Shown here in pieces: positions 19,586 to 28,022 of a stretch of 64,000 bases of DNA. Positions within the stretch are counted from its first letter, which is position 1, and each line of letters opens with the position of its first letter. The position numbers were made by a program, and so were the translations under genes. The notes under the pieces are model-generated. The model had not been told where the DNA came from, made no database searches, and saw only the letters and a list, made by a program, of their open reading frames with translations. Origin of the DNA: an uncultured Verrucomicrobiae bacterium (GTDB lineage Bacteria; Verrucomicrobiota; Verrucomicrobiia; Chthoniobacterales; UBA10450); the NCBI GenBank assembly GCA_963815455.1, contig CAWFGO010000001.1, forward strand, positions 192,001 through 256,000. Direction: 5' to 3'.

Positions 19586-20007
19586 TAGTATGTGCGCCAA
19601 TGCGCAAGTAGATACACCCAGTTCAGCGCCAGGACTGCGATCACGATAAAGCGGGCGTATTTCTTTTCCGCGCGGCTCCGGAATTCGATGCGCAGGCGCG
19701 GGGCGCGCATCACCAGGACAATTAATGCGTAAGCATTGAAGATCGACAATCCGCACAACGCGGAAAATACCAGCGGATTCCAGCGCAGAGAGAACAGAAA
19801 GTGTCCATGAAAAAATTGAATGGCGGAACGAGTCATGCCGCATGTCATGCACGGCAGGCCGGTCAGATCGTGAAAAGCGCAACGCGGCCACGGCAAGCCG
19901 AGCACGAACCAGCCCGCCGCCAGACCCAGCGAGGCGAGCGACGCGCTCAGCCAGATCAATTCATGATCGATTTCGTTCCTAGCCAGTCTGCGCGCCGCAA
20001 TCTGCAC
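19585..20007 (-). CDS. DUF2752-like membrane protein
   Basis: CAFHDLTGLPCMTCGMTRS..WNPL motif. Confidence 0.8.
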   Translation of the reverse strand: MQIAARRLARNEIDHELIWLSASLASLGLAAGWFVLGLPWPRCAFHDLTGLPCMTCGMTRSAIQFFHGHFLFSLRWNPLVFSALCGLSIFNAYALIVLVMRAPRLRIEFRSRAEKKYARFIVIAVLALNWVYLLAHWRTY

Positions 20008-20010
20008 AAC

Positions 20011-20898
20011 TCACTGATTCCAGTTGTGCTGCAAGGCTGCCATTCCACCAAACATGAACACCAGCAGCAAACCACCACCGCAACAAACAATGATCGGTAG
20101 GAAGACAGCCAGCGTGGCACGCCCGGTGTCGATCTCCTGGGCGCGGGCGAGCCCGATACAGTTTGCCACCAGAAACCAGACCAGCGCGATCAACCCGCCG
20201 CAACAGGGCACAAGTTGAAGCGGCGCCGTCGAACCTTGCGAAAATGCGATAACCCGAAACGTGGTCTCGAATGTCTTGTTAGCGCTCCCGATAAGCAGGA
20301 GCGACAAATGAACCAAGCCGGCAAAAATGAACGGCGCGACGGCTACCATCACCAGCCGCCACACGAATACCATGGAACTCACCGTCATCCCGAGCATGGG
20401 ACCAAACCTCCCTTCACGGGGAGTCAGAAGCCCAAGCGAATTAAACCCGAGCGAGAAAATGAACCAAACGATCACGCCGATCGCGCCGCCGATGACGGCG
20501 TAAATCAGCGGCTCACCAAGACCGCCCTCGGTCCGCATCACGGAGAAGGCCGTGCCGGGTTTAGTCAGGACCATCGTGAGCGTTTCAATGAACGCGTTGA
20601 AAAATCCGCGCTCGTGGCGGTGCTCCCAGGGCAGACCACTGCGCGGCGCGGGAGTTTCCGATGTCGATCCTCCGGCGGATGGAGTGGCCGTCGATGCTGC
20701 GGCAACTTGAGCGGGTGGCGCGGCCGGAGTTTCGCTGCCAAACTCGGGAAACTGCGAGAGTGGTTTCCAACTTGCCATCCCTTCCCGCCAGCCAAGATCG
20801 CTGGGAACAAAACGACCCGCCCGCAAACCTTCGCGAACGTCTTCCTCGGAAAATGCGCCCAGACTCGTTGCGCCCCGATTAACGTGGATCATTGCCAT
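20011..20898 (-). CDS. GYF_2 (DUF4339) + YIP1-like membrane protein
   Basis: N-terminal GAFS..WREGMASWKP, then LPWE and five TM segments. Confidence 0.8.
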   Translation of the reverse strand: MAMIHVNRGATSLGAFSEEDVREGLRAGRFVPSDLGWREGMASWKPLSQFPEFGSETPAAPPAQVAAASTATPSAGGSTSETPAPRSGLPWEHRHERGFFNAFIETLTMVLTKPGTAFSVMRTEGGLGEPLIYAVIGGAIGVIVWFIFSLGFNSLGLLTPREGRFGPMLGMTVSSMVFVWRLVMVAVAPFIFAGLVHLSLLLIGSANKTFETTFRVIAFSQGSTAPLQLVPCCGGLIALVWFLVANCIGLARAQEIDTGRATLAVFLPIIVCCGGGLLLVFMFGGMAALQHNWNQ

Positions 20899-20962
20899 AA
20901 TGCTTCGCTTCTAATAAGATGCGGCTGCAAAGTCAATCCGCGTCTCGCTGGCGCGTGCCCAT

Positions 20963-21598
20963 TTAATCAAACCGATTTGCCTTCTCAGGCTTATCCAAGG
21001 CCCGCCAGAAATACCATGCCGCCACCGAGCGATACGGCCGCCATTTTTCGCCGAGCTTTTCCAGTTGCTTCGGCGTGGGCAGTTTTCGTTTCCCAAAGGT
21101 CTTGGCGAATCCTTTTTGCACCCCGTAATCCGCCACCGGCCATACATCGGGACGCCCGAGATCGAAAAGCAAAAGCATCTCCGCCGTCCACCGGCCAATG
21201 CCGCGCACGGCTACTAGACGCTCGATGATTTCCTCATCGGACATTTTCTCCAACGCACGCGCCGAAGGCACCGTTCCGTCGATCGTTTTCGCCGCCAGAT
21301 CTTTGAGCGCGGCAACTTTGCTGCGGGATAAACCACAGGCGCGCAGTTTTTTGTCCGGGGTGCCGAGCACGAGCTTTGGATCGAGATTTTTCTTCTTCGG
21401 ATAAAGCGCGCGGACACGACCCCAGATCGTAGCCGCCGCTTTGCCGCTCAATTGTTGATAAGCAATGGATTCGGCCAGCGCGTCAAAAGGACGCAGGGAA
21501 AGCGATGGCGAGAGGTTAAACCGAACGGATCGCGCGATCAGCTCCGCCATTCGCGGATGACTGGCCGAGATGTGCCGGTGCGCTTTCTTGTGATCCAC
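20963..21598 (-). CDS. alkA: DNA-3-methyladenine glycosylase II (AlkA-like HhH-GPD)
   Basis: IAYQQLSGKAA, VRGIGRWTAEM, WPVAD, WRPYRS. Confidence 0.88.
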   Translation of the reverse strand: MDHKKAHRHISASHPRMAELIARSVRFNLSPSLSLRPFDALAESIAYQQLSGKAAATIWGRVRALYPKKKNLDPKLVLGTPDKKLRACGLSRSKVAALKDLAAKTIDGTVPSARALEKMSDEEIIERLVAVRGIGRWTAEMLLLFDLGRPDVWPVADYGVQKGFAKTFGKRKLPTPKQLEKLGEKWRPYRSVAAWYFWRALDKPEKANRFD

Positions 21599-21613
21599 GC
21601 GACATAGTTAAAA

Positions 21614-21752
21614 TGACGAATACCGAATGTCGAATGCAGTCATCCTGAGCGGAGTCGCCTGCCACGCCATAGCTGATGCGAAGGCGGGAGGAAGCCCGTA
21701 GCGTTAGCTTCAAGTTAACTCCACGGGATCCTTCGACTTCGCTCAGGATGAC
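21614..21752. repeat. 7-bp periodic tract plus family A REP pair with nested family B unit
   Basis: TGACGAA-TACCGAA-TGTCGAA, then GTCATCCTGAGCGGAGTCG[CCTGCCACGCCATAGCTGATGCGAAGGCGG]GAGG ... CTTCGCTCAGGATGAC. Confidence 0.8.
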
Positions 21753-21757
21753 CGCCC

Positions 21758-23491
21758 TCAGCCCCCTTCGCCTAAAGGAAACGAGGGAGATAACTGATCT
21801 CCTGGAGACAAATGCGCCGTGGCAAGAGGCGAGGCTGCGAATACTTTCTCCGGCTCGAGGCCAATTCTGCGGAGGATCGACAAAAATCTTTCGTCGGATC
21901 GCAGCGCCGCGAACTCGGGAGCGATGCCAGTAAGGTGCAACGATGACGAATGCTCCTCGCAGGCGCGTTCCAACTCGCGAATCGCGTCGTCGTGATCGTT
22001 CAGGGCGACGTGCACATGGGCAATGGCGTCGCCCGGCGTGTATCCTCGATTTGCCACCGCTGCTTCCAGCGTTTCCTGCGATTCCTTGCGCCGATTCATG
22101 CGGGCGTAGGTGATGGCCAGACCAAATCCGGTCCGGCCGCGCAAGCTCTCCGCCTTTTTGTAGAGGGCGATCGCTTCATCGAATCGGCCCATCTCGCGAT
22201 AAACCGCGGCCAGCAATGGTTCGCCATAAAGAAAGGTCGAATCGAGTTGCAAAGCGTGTTCGCCGGCGGCAATCGCTTCGTCGTTCAAGCCAAAATAACG
22301 ATAAAGTTCGCATGCGAAATTACTCACCCAAAGCGAGGCGGGATCGAACTTCGTGGTCCGCCCCAGATAGGTCAGCGCTTTTTCTCGGTCGCCGCGCGCG
22401 GCGTAAAATGCGGCGATGAAATAATTCGACGGCGTCGAATTTGGGTCGATGACAAAAGCACGTTTGTATTCGGCTTCCGCGCCATCGAGGTCCCAATCGA
22501 GAATCCGCTTCGCTTCCGCGAGATAGACGTGCGCTTCGGCCTCGTCGTTGTCGATCTTGATCGCGTTGAGCGCGGCTTCGCGCACTTTCGAATAAGCCTC
22601 TCGCGGCGGCATGTAGGCGTCGGCCAGCCAGAGCCACGCCTTGGCCGTTCCCGTCCAGGCCGGGGCGAATTGCGGATCTTTTTCGAGCGCCTGTTGGAAA
22701 AACTCCAGACTCTTTCGCAACGATTCCTCGGTGCTTTTGTCGGAATAAAAAAGGCCGTGCAAATAAATATCGTAAGCCTCAGTGCTGGGCACCAGCCGTG
22801 AGGCCGGCTGGGCCGCGATATCGAGTTTCAGTTTCAAGGCATCGACAATCGCGCGCGTGATTTCATCTTCGAGCGCGAAAATCCCCTGGAACTGGCGCTC
22901 GAATGTTTCCGACCAAAGAGTGAAGCCGTTGCAACAATCCGTTAACTCGGCCGTGATTCGCACGCGATTTCCGTCCCGGCGCACACTGCCTTCAAGCACG
23001 TGCTCGACGTTCAGCGCGTCGGCAATTTCCCTCACCGTCGCTTTCTTGTCCTTGAACCAGAACGAAGACCGCCTAGCCGCGACGCGCAAACCATCGATCT
23101 TGGCCAGCGCGCTCAGAATTTCCTCCGCGATGCCGTCTCCGAAATAATCCCGTTGTTCTCCCGAGGTGACGTCGCTAAAGGGCAGGACCGCGATCGATTT
23201 CTCGAACAGGTCCGCGGTTTCCGCACTGTCGATTCTCGGCTCCGGCGTCGCGTCCAGTGTGCGCACAACTCCATATCTCGTGAGATCGAAAAACCAGGAG
23301 AGAATCAGTGCGACCGGAAAACCGAGCACGATCAGGATCACGATGAGGCGAACGACCCAAATCGGAATATCGAACACCGGCAAGACCTGGGCGATCCCCT
23401 GGGCCAGGGCCCAGCCGGCGACCACGTAGGCGATCGCGACCGTGTAAACTCTTCTGCGCTTCAGCTCAGCGAAGAATTTCTTCGGGTTCAC
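21758..23491 (-). CDS. membrane-anchored TolB-like/TPR protein
   Basis: FFAELKRR head, two TM segments, SIAVLPF..VLEGSVR domain, TPRs. Confidence 0.85.
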   Translation of the reverse strand: MNPKKFFAELKRRRVYTVAIAYVVAGWALAQGIAQVLPVFDIPIWVVRLIVILIVLGFPVALILSWFFDLTRYGVVRTLDATPEPRIDSAETADLFEKSIAVLPFSDVTSGEQRDYFGDGIAEEILSALAKIDGLRVAARRSSFWFKDKKATVREIADALNVEHVLEGSVRRDGNRVRITAELTDCCNGFTLWSETFERQFQGIFALEDEITRAIVDALKLKLDIAAQPASRLVPSTEAYDIYLHGLFYSDKSTEESLRKSLEFFQQALEKDPQFAPAWTGTAKAWLWLADAYMPPREAYSKVREAALNAIKIDNDEAEAHVYLAEAKRILDWDLDGAEAEYKRAFVIDPNSTPSNYFIAAFYAARGDREKALTYLGRTTKFDPASLWVSNFACELYRYFGLNDEAIAAGEHALQLDSTFLYGEPLLAAVYREMGRFDEAIALYKKAESLRGRTGFGLAITYARMNRRKESQETLEAAVANRGYTPGDAIAHVHVALNDHDDAIRELERACEEHSSSLHLTGIAPEFAALRSDERFLSILRRIGLEPEKVFAASPLATAHLSPGDQLSPSFPLGEGG

Positions 23492-23504
23492 GACTTACAG
23501 GCGG

Positions 23505-25553
23505 CTAATAAACCGTTTCTCGCTCCGGACCGGCGGCGAGTTTCTGGAACCGGGCATTTTTTCGCAGCGGATCCCATTGCCAGCGCAATTGCAGATCGTG
23601 CAGGGTCACGCTGGCGTCGGAGAAACCGACCGCCGCCGGCGTGGTAATAAGACGCTCGAGCAATTCCGTAGCCTGATCGGTATCGCCGGTCAGCGTGTAA
23701 ATCAAAGCCCGGACCGCGGCAAATTGCGCGCCGAGCAACGCGTCCTTACTCTCCGGCTTCAATTCAAGCGCGCGACGACCTTCGCGAATGGCGTCGTCCT
23801 TGCGACCAAGAAATGCGTAGGTCAATCCAAGCGCTGAATGCCGGCTGGCATCCTCGGGGCTCTCACGGACATATTTTTCCAAATCCCCGGCCGCCTGCTG
23901 GAACGGTCCTCGACTGCCGGGAATATCGCCGCGGGCGAACGCGATGCAGCCTTCCAGATACGACCTGGGGATAGGCGGCCCGCTCGGCACTGGAAATTCC
24001 CGCGAAGTAAGACCAGCCAGGAGTTGCGCGGCCCGGTCGAAATCGCGCCGCAACATGGCGAATTCCCATCTCACCAGCGCATTGCCGCCGTCGGGACCGT
24101 CGCCCGCGGGCAGCCTCTCCAGGATCGCCTCAGCCGCAGCGATATCGCCCGTCTCGAAAAATTCTACATATGCGCGCATCATCGTCGCAGTGGGAGAGGA
24201 AGGTGCGAGGCCCAGGAGACGATCGACCGTCGCTTTGCTTGCCGGCCAGTCGCGCAACATGAGATAGGTAAAGACCGTTTCCTGCATGATACCGCCGTTG
24301 CGTGGATCGACAGTTTGGGCGCGATTAAACTCGGTCAATGCATCGCGCCAGCGCCCTTGTCTCCTACGAATTGCCGCAGTTGTCATCGGCACGTCGGAGC
24401 TGTTCGGCAAAGTTCTGGCTGCAACGGCAAGCTCCTGCAATGCGGTCTCGTAATCGCCTTCGATCCAATAATACCAATGGGCCAGAGCAACATGCGCCTC
24501 TCCCAGATCGGGATCGAGGCGCAAGGCGGCCTCGGCCTCCACCCGGGCCCGTCGCTTGCGATCCTCGGTCGGCTCGAATTCATGATAAACGTTCGCGATC
24601 GCGGAGGAGAGCCTGGCCCTGGCCAGGGCGAACTTTGGATCGAGGGCCACGGCTTTGACGTACGATTCTTCGATTTCCTTGAATAAACCGGGCGAAACAT
24701 CCGGACTCATCTCGAGCTCAAGCCCCTTTAAATAAAGAGTGTACGCGTCCGGGCTGGTCGTTGGCTTCGTTTCCACTCGCGCCTTTTCCTGCGGGCTCAG
24801 AGTTGCGCGAAGAGCGGACGCGATCTCGGTGGCAAGCTGGCCTTGCAGCGAGATCACATCTTCCATGGTCCGATCGTATCGATCGGCCCAGATATGACGA
24901 TCGTTGAGCGCATCGATCAATTGCACGTTTACCAGGACGCGATTACTCACCCGGCGCACGCTTCCCTCCAAAACATTGGTCACGCCCAGCGAACGCGCGA
25001 TGTCGCGCAGATTGCGCGCTTCGCCGCCGCGATACCCCATGACCGATGTGCGACTGATGACTTTCAAATCCCGGATCTTCGCCAGGCTCGTAAGAATGTC
25101 ATCCTGAATACCGTTGGCAAAGAACGTGTCCGCCTTGTCGTCGCTGTAGTTTTCAAATGGCAGAACCGCGATCGATTTTTCCGCTGCCACACTGCCATCC
25201 GAACCCGGAGCGGTGTAACGTCCGAGAAAGAACAGCCCGATCGAAAGCGCCGCGCCCACCAGAACGATGTAGATCCAGGCGCCGCCGCGGGTGTGTTTTT
25301 GTCCAGGATCGACATCCTCCGCGCGCTTAAATCCTTCCGGCGTTATTTCGAAGGCCCAGGCGATGACCAACGCGATCGGAAATCCGACGACGATCAGCAA
25401 GACCACCAGCCGCACTGCCCAATTCGGAATTTCGAAAAATGGGAAAACCTGCGTTGCGACCTGAATAATCAGCCAGCCAATAATTGCATAGGCCGCGGCG
25501 ACTTTGTAAACGTTGCGCCGTTTCAGCTCGACCAAGAATTGCTTCGGATTCAC
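23505..25553 (-). CDS. membrane-anchored TolB-like/TPR protein
   Basis: ELKRRNVYKV head, three TM segments, SIAVLPFEN..DLKVISRTS, TPRs, WDPLRK tail. Confidence 0.85.
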   Translation of the reverse strand: MNPKQFLVELKRRNVYKVAAAYAIIGWLIIQVATQVFPFFEIPNWAVRLVVLLIVVGFPIALVIAWAFEITPEGFKRAEDVDPGQKHTRGGAWIYIVLVGAALSIGLFFLGRYTAPGSDGSVAAEKSIAVLPFENYSDDKADTFFANGIQDDILTSLAKIRDLKVISRTSVMGYRGGEARNLRDIARSLGVTNVLEGSVRRVSNRVLVNVQLIDALNDRHIWADRYDRTMEDVISLQGQLATEIASALRATLSPQEKARVETKPTTSPDAYTLYLKGLELEMSPDVSPGLFKEIEESYVKAVALDPKFALARARLSSAIANVYHEFEPTEDRKRRARVEAEAALRLDPDLGEAHVALAHWYYWIEGDYETALQELAVAARTLPNSSDVPMTTAAIRRRQGRWRDALTEFNRAQTVDPRNGGIMQETVFTYLMLRDWPASKATVDRLLGLAPSSPTATMMRAYVEFFETGDIAAAEAILERLPAGDGPDGGNALVRWEFAMLRRDFDRAAQLLAGLTSREFPVPSGPPIPRSYLEGCIAFARGDIPGSRGPFQQAAGDLEKYVRESPEDASRHSALGLTYAFLGRKDDAIREGRRALELKPESKDALLGAQFAAVRALIYTLTGDTDQATELLERLITTPAAVGFSDASVTLHDLQLRWQWDPLRKNARFQKLAAGPERETVY

Positions 25554-27937
25554 GGATTCTTCCCCGCGATTAGTTTTTGAAATTCAGGATCTTTACGCAG
25601 CGGGTCCCATTCCCAGCGCAATTTTAAATCGCTCAAAGTGATGCTGTAGTTTGCGGTATCCACCGCTCCGGGAACGGCCAGGAGATGTCGAAGCAATTCG
25701 ATCGCGCGACCGTTTTCGCCGACACGCGCGTAAATCAAAGCCAGCACCGCGTTCAAGATGGTGCCATCGAGCGCATCCTGCCATTCGGGCCGTAGCTCGA
25801 CCGCGCGGTTGCCTTCCTGGATCGCGCGCTGTTTTTCTCCCAGCAAAGCACAGGTCAACCCGAGGAACGCGTGGCGCTCGGGCACATCCGGGGCTTCTTG
25901 TAGCGCTGCGGCGAAAAAGTCGCGGGCTTTCGCCAGCTCCGCGCGGGCCGTAGGGTGATCGCCCCGCATCAATGCGATCTCCCCGACAAAGAAACTCCGA
26001 GGTGTATCAACGCTGTTGTAGTAGGAAAATGTGTCCAGCGGCGAACTCTGCAAAATACGCTCGGCCGCAGCCGGATCGCGATCGATCAGGCTCGCGTCGA
26101 TTCGGAACGCGGTCACCGCGCCATCCGGGTCTTTGCCGGCGGAAACACTGGCCATTTCGCTCTTCAGGCGCGCCGTAGCGCCTTTCGCCCAAAACTCGAC
26201 GTAGCCCATTTGGGCCTTGGCGTTTACCGAGTTCGGCGTCAAGGCCAGAAGGCGGCTCGCGATTTCTTCAGTCTTCGGCCAGTCGCGCATGGCGCAGTAA
26301 ACGTAAAGGAGATCGCGCAGGATGTTCGCATTCTGCGGATCGAGCAGAAGAATCTGGTGATAATCGGCGGCCACTTCCTGCCACCGGCCCTGGCGGCGTT
26401 TGATGGCGGCAATGTGCCAGGCAATTTCGCTATCGTTAGGCAGGATCGATTGAGCGATGGCAAACTCCCGCAACGCGCCTTCGTAATCGCGTTCAAACCA
26501 ATAATGGCAAAGTCCGAGAGCGTGATGCCCTTCTCCGAGACCCGGCTCAAGTTGCAGAGATGTCTCCGCTTCGTCACGGGCCCGTTTCTCCCACACCTCG
26601 GTCGGCTCGTAGAAGTGATAGATGCGGGCACAAGTCGTGGCCAGTCCCGCGTGAGCCAGCGCGAATTCTGGATCGAGGGTGATGGCTTGCATGTAAAGCT
26701 GCTCCGCCGTGCGATAATCCTGGAGAAAGTTGTCGGGCTTAAATTCGTACTGCCGAGCCTGGAGATAAAGCTCGTAAGCCTGGGAATTGTTCGTCGGCTT
26801 CCGCTCGAACCGCGCCTTTTCTTCAGGAGTTAGCGTGGCCTGAAGCGCATCGGCGATTTCCCGGGCCAGGCGACCCTGGAGTCCCAGCGAGTTGTTAATC
26901 GTCTCGTCGTAGCGATTGGCCCAGAGATGTCGATCCTGTTCCGCATCGATCAGCTGCGCGTTGACCACTACCCGGTTCCCTTCCCGGCGCACGCTTCCTT
27001 CCAGCACGTTGGCCACTCCCAGCTCCTTGGCGATCTCACGCAGATTGCTTCCCTTGTAACGGCCGCGATACTTCTCCACCGACGTCCGGCTGATCACTCG
27101 CAGATCGTGGATCTTGGCCAGACCGGTCAGGATGTCGTCCTGAATTCCCTCGGCGAAAAATCCCGTCTCCTTATCGTCGCTGAAATTCTCGAAGGGAAGA
27201 ACCGCGATCGACTTGTCCGGCGTCCCGCCGAGCCAGCTGATCGAATGACTCCTCCAAAGCCAGCCAGCCACGTTGAGGATAACGACAACCACGAGAGCCA
27301 TCGCGGCGCGCCAGCCAAAGCGGACCCAGCGCGCTTTCTTCGCAGTAGTTGTCGCCGTCATAAGTTTTGCCGGCAATTCCGGGTTTCCGAAGTCCGGGCC
27401 ATGCAAGTTGAACAAGTGGACTTTGACGTCGTGCTTTACAGAGCACTCGCCGATGTCGTGCACGTGGGGCTGCCACTCGCGAAATTGCCCGATGTCCTCC
27501 GCCACGCGATGCGAGAGAAGGATGTGTCCGGCGTCGCCACAATCCATCACTCGTTGGGCCAGGTTGATTCCCGCCCCGGCCACATTCGTTCCTGCATCGA
27601 CATCCTCGACGTGCGTGACCGGTCCACTGTGAATTCCCATTCGTATGGGAAGATCCGGATCGAGCGCGCGAAGGGCGCGAGTGATTTCCAGCGCGCATCG
27701 AACAGGCGCTTCCGGGGTTGTGAAAAAAATGAGGGCCACGCCATCACCCGTCTGCAATCGCACTAGCTTCCCAACGGCTTCAGCTGCTTTTACTTCGTTG
27801 CTGGCGCGCACAACGGCGTTCAATGCCCGCACCGCCGCCTGTTGATCGTCGATGAGTAATTTCGAATAACCGACAACGTCGATGAGCAGGACGTGCGCGA
27901 TCTCCAGCTTTGCTGCTGGTGAGTTCCGGTCGGTCAT
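25550..27937 (-). CDS. class III nucleotide cyclase + TM + TolB-like/TPR protein
   Basis: IDVVGYS, TGDG, GIHSGPV, GINLAQR, then one TM, SIAVLPFEN and TPRs. Confidence 0.88.
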   Translation of the reverse strand: MTDRNSPAAKLEIAHVLLIDVVGYSKLLIDDQQAAVRALNAVVRASNEVKAAEAVGKLVRLQTGDGVALIFFTTPEAPVRCALEITRALRALDPDLPIRMGIHSGPVTHVEDVDAGTNVAGAGINLAQRVMDCGDAGHILLSHRVAEDIGQFREWQPHVHDIGECSVKHDVKVHLFNLHGPDFGNPELPAKLMTATTTAKKARWVRFGWRAAMALVVVVILNVAGWLWRSHSISWLGGTPDKSIAVLPFENFSDDKETGFFAEGIQDDILTGLAKIHDLRVISRTSVEKYRGRYKGSNLREIAKELGVANVLEGSVRREGNRVVVNAQLIDAEQDRHLWANRYDETINNSLGLQGRLAREIADALQATLTPEEKARFERKPTNNSQAYELYLQARQYEFKPDNFLQDYRTAEQLYMQAITLDPEFALAHAGLATTCARIYHFYEPTEVWEKRARDEAETSLQLEPGLGEGHHALGLCHYWFERDYEGALREFAIAQSILPNDSEIAWHIAAIKRRQGRWQEVAADYHQILLLDPQNANILRDLLYVYCAMRDWPKTEEIASRLLALTPNSVNAKAQMGYVEFWAKGATARLKSEMASVSAGKDPDGAVTAFRIDASLIDRDPAAAERILQSSPLDTFSYYNSVDTPRSFFVGEIALMRGDHPTARAELAKARDFFAAALQEAPDVPERHAFLGLTCALLGEKQRAIQEGNRAVELRPEWQDALDGTILNAVLALIYARVGENGRAIELLRHLLAVPGAVDTANYSITLSDLKLRWEWDPLRKDPEFQKLIAGKNP

Positions 27938-28022
27938 CTGGGGTTAGACTTCAGCAACGCTACTTAAGACAGCGACTCACCCTTTCACAAGCGGAAGCTG
28001 GCCGGTGATGCTATTTTGGCCG

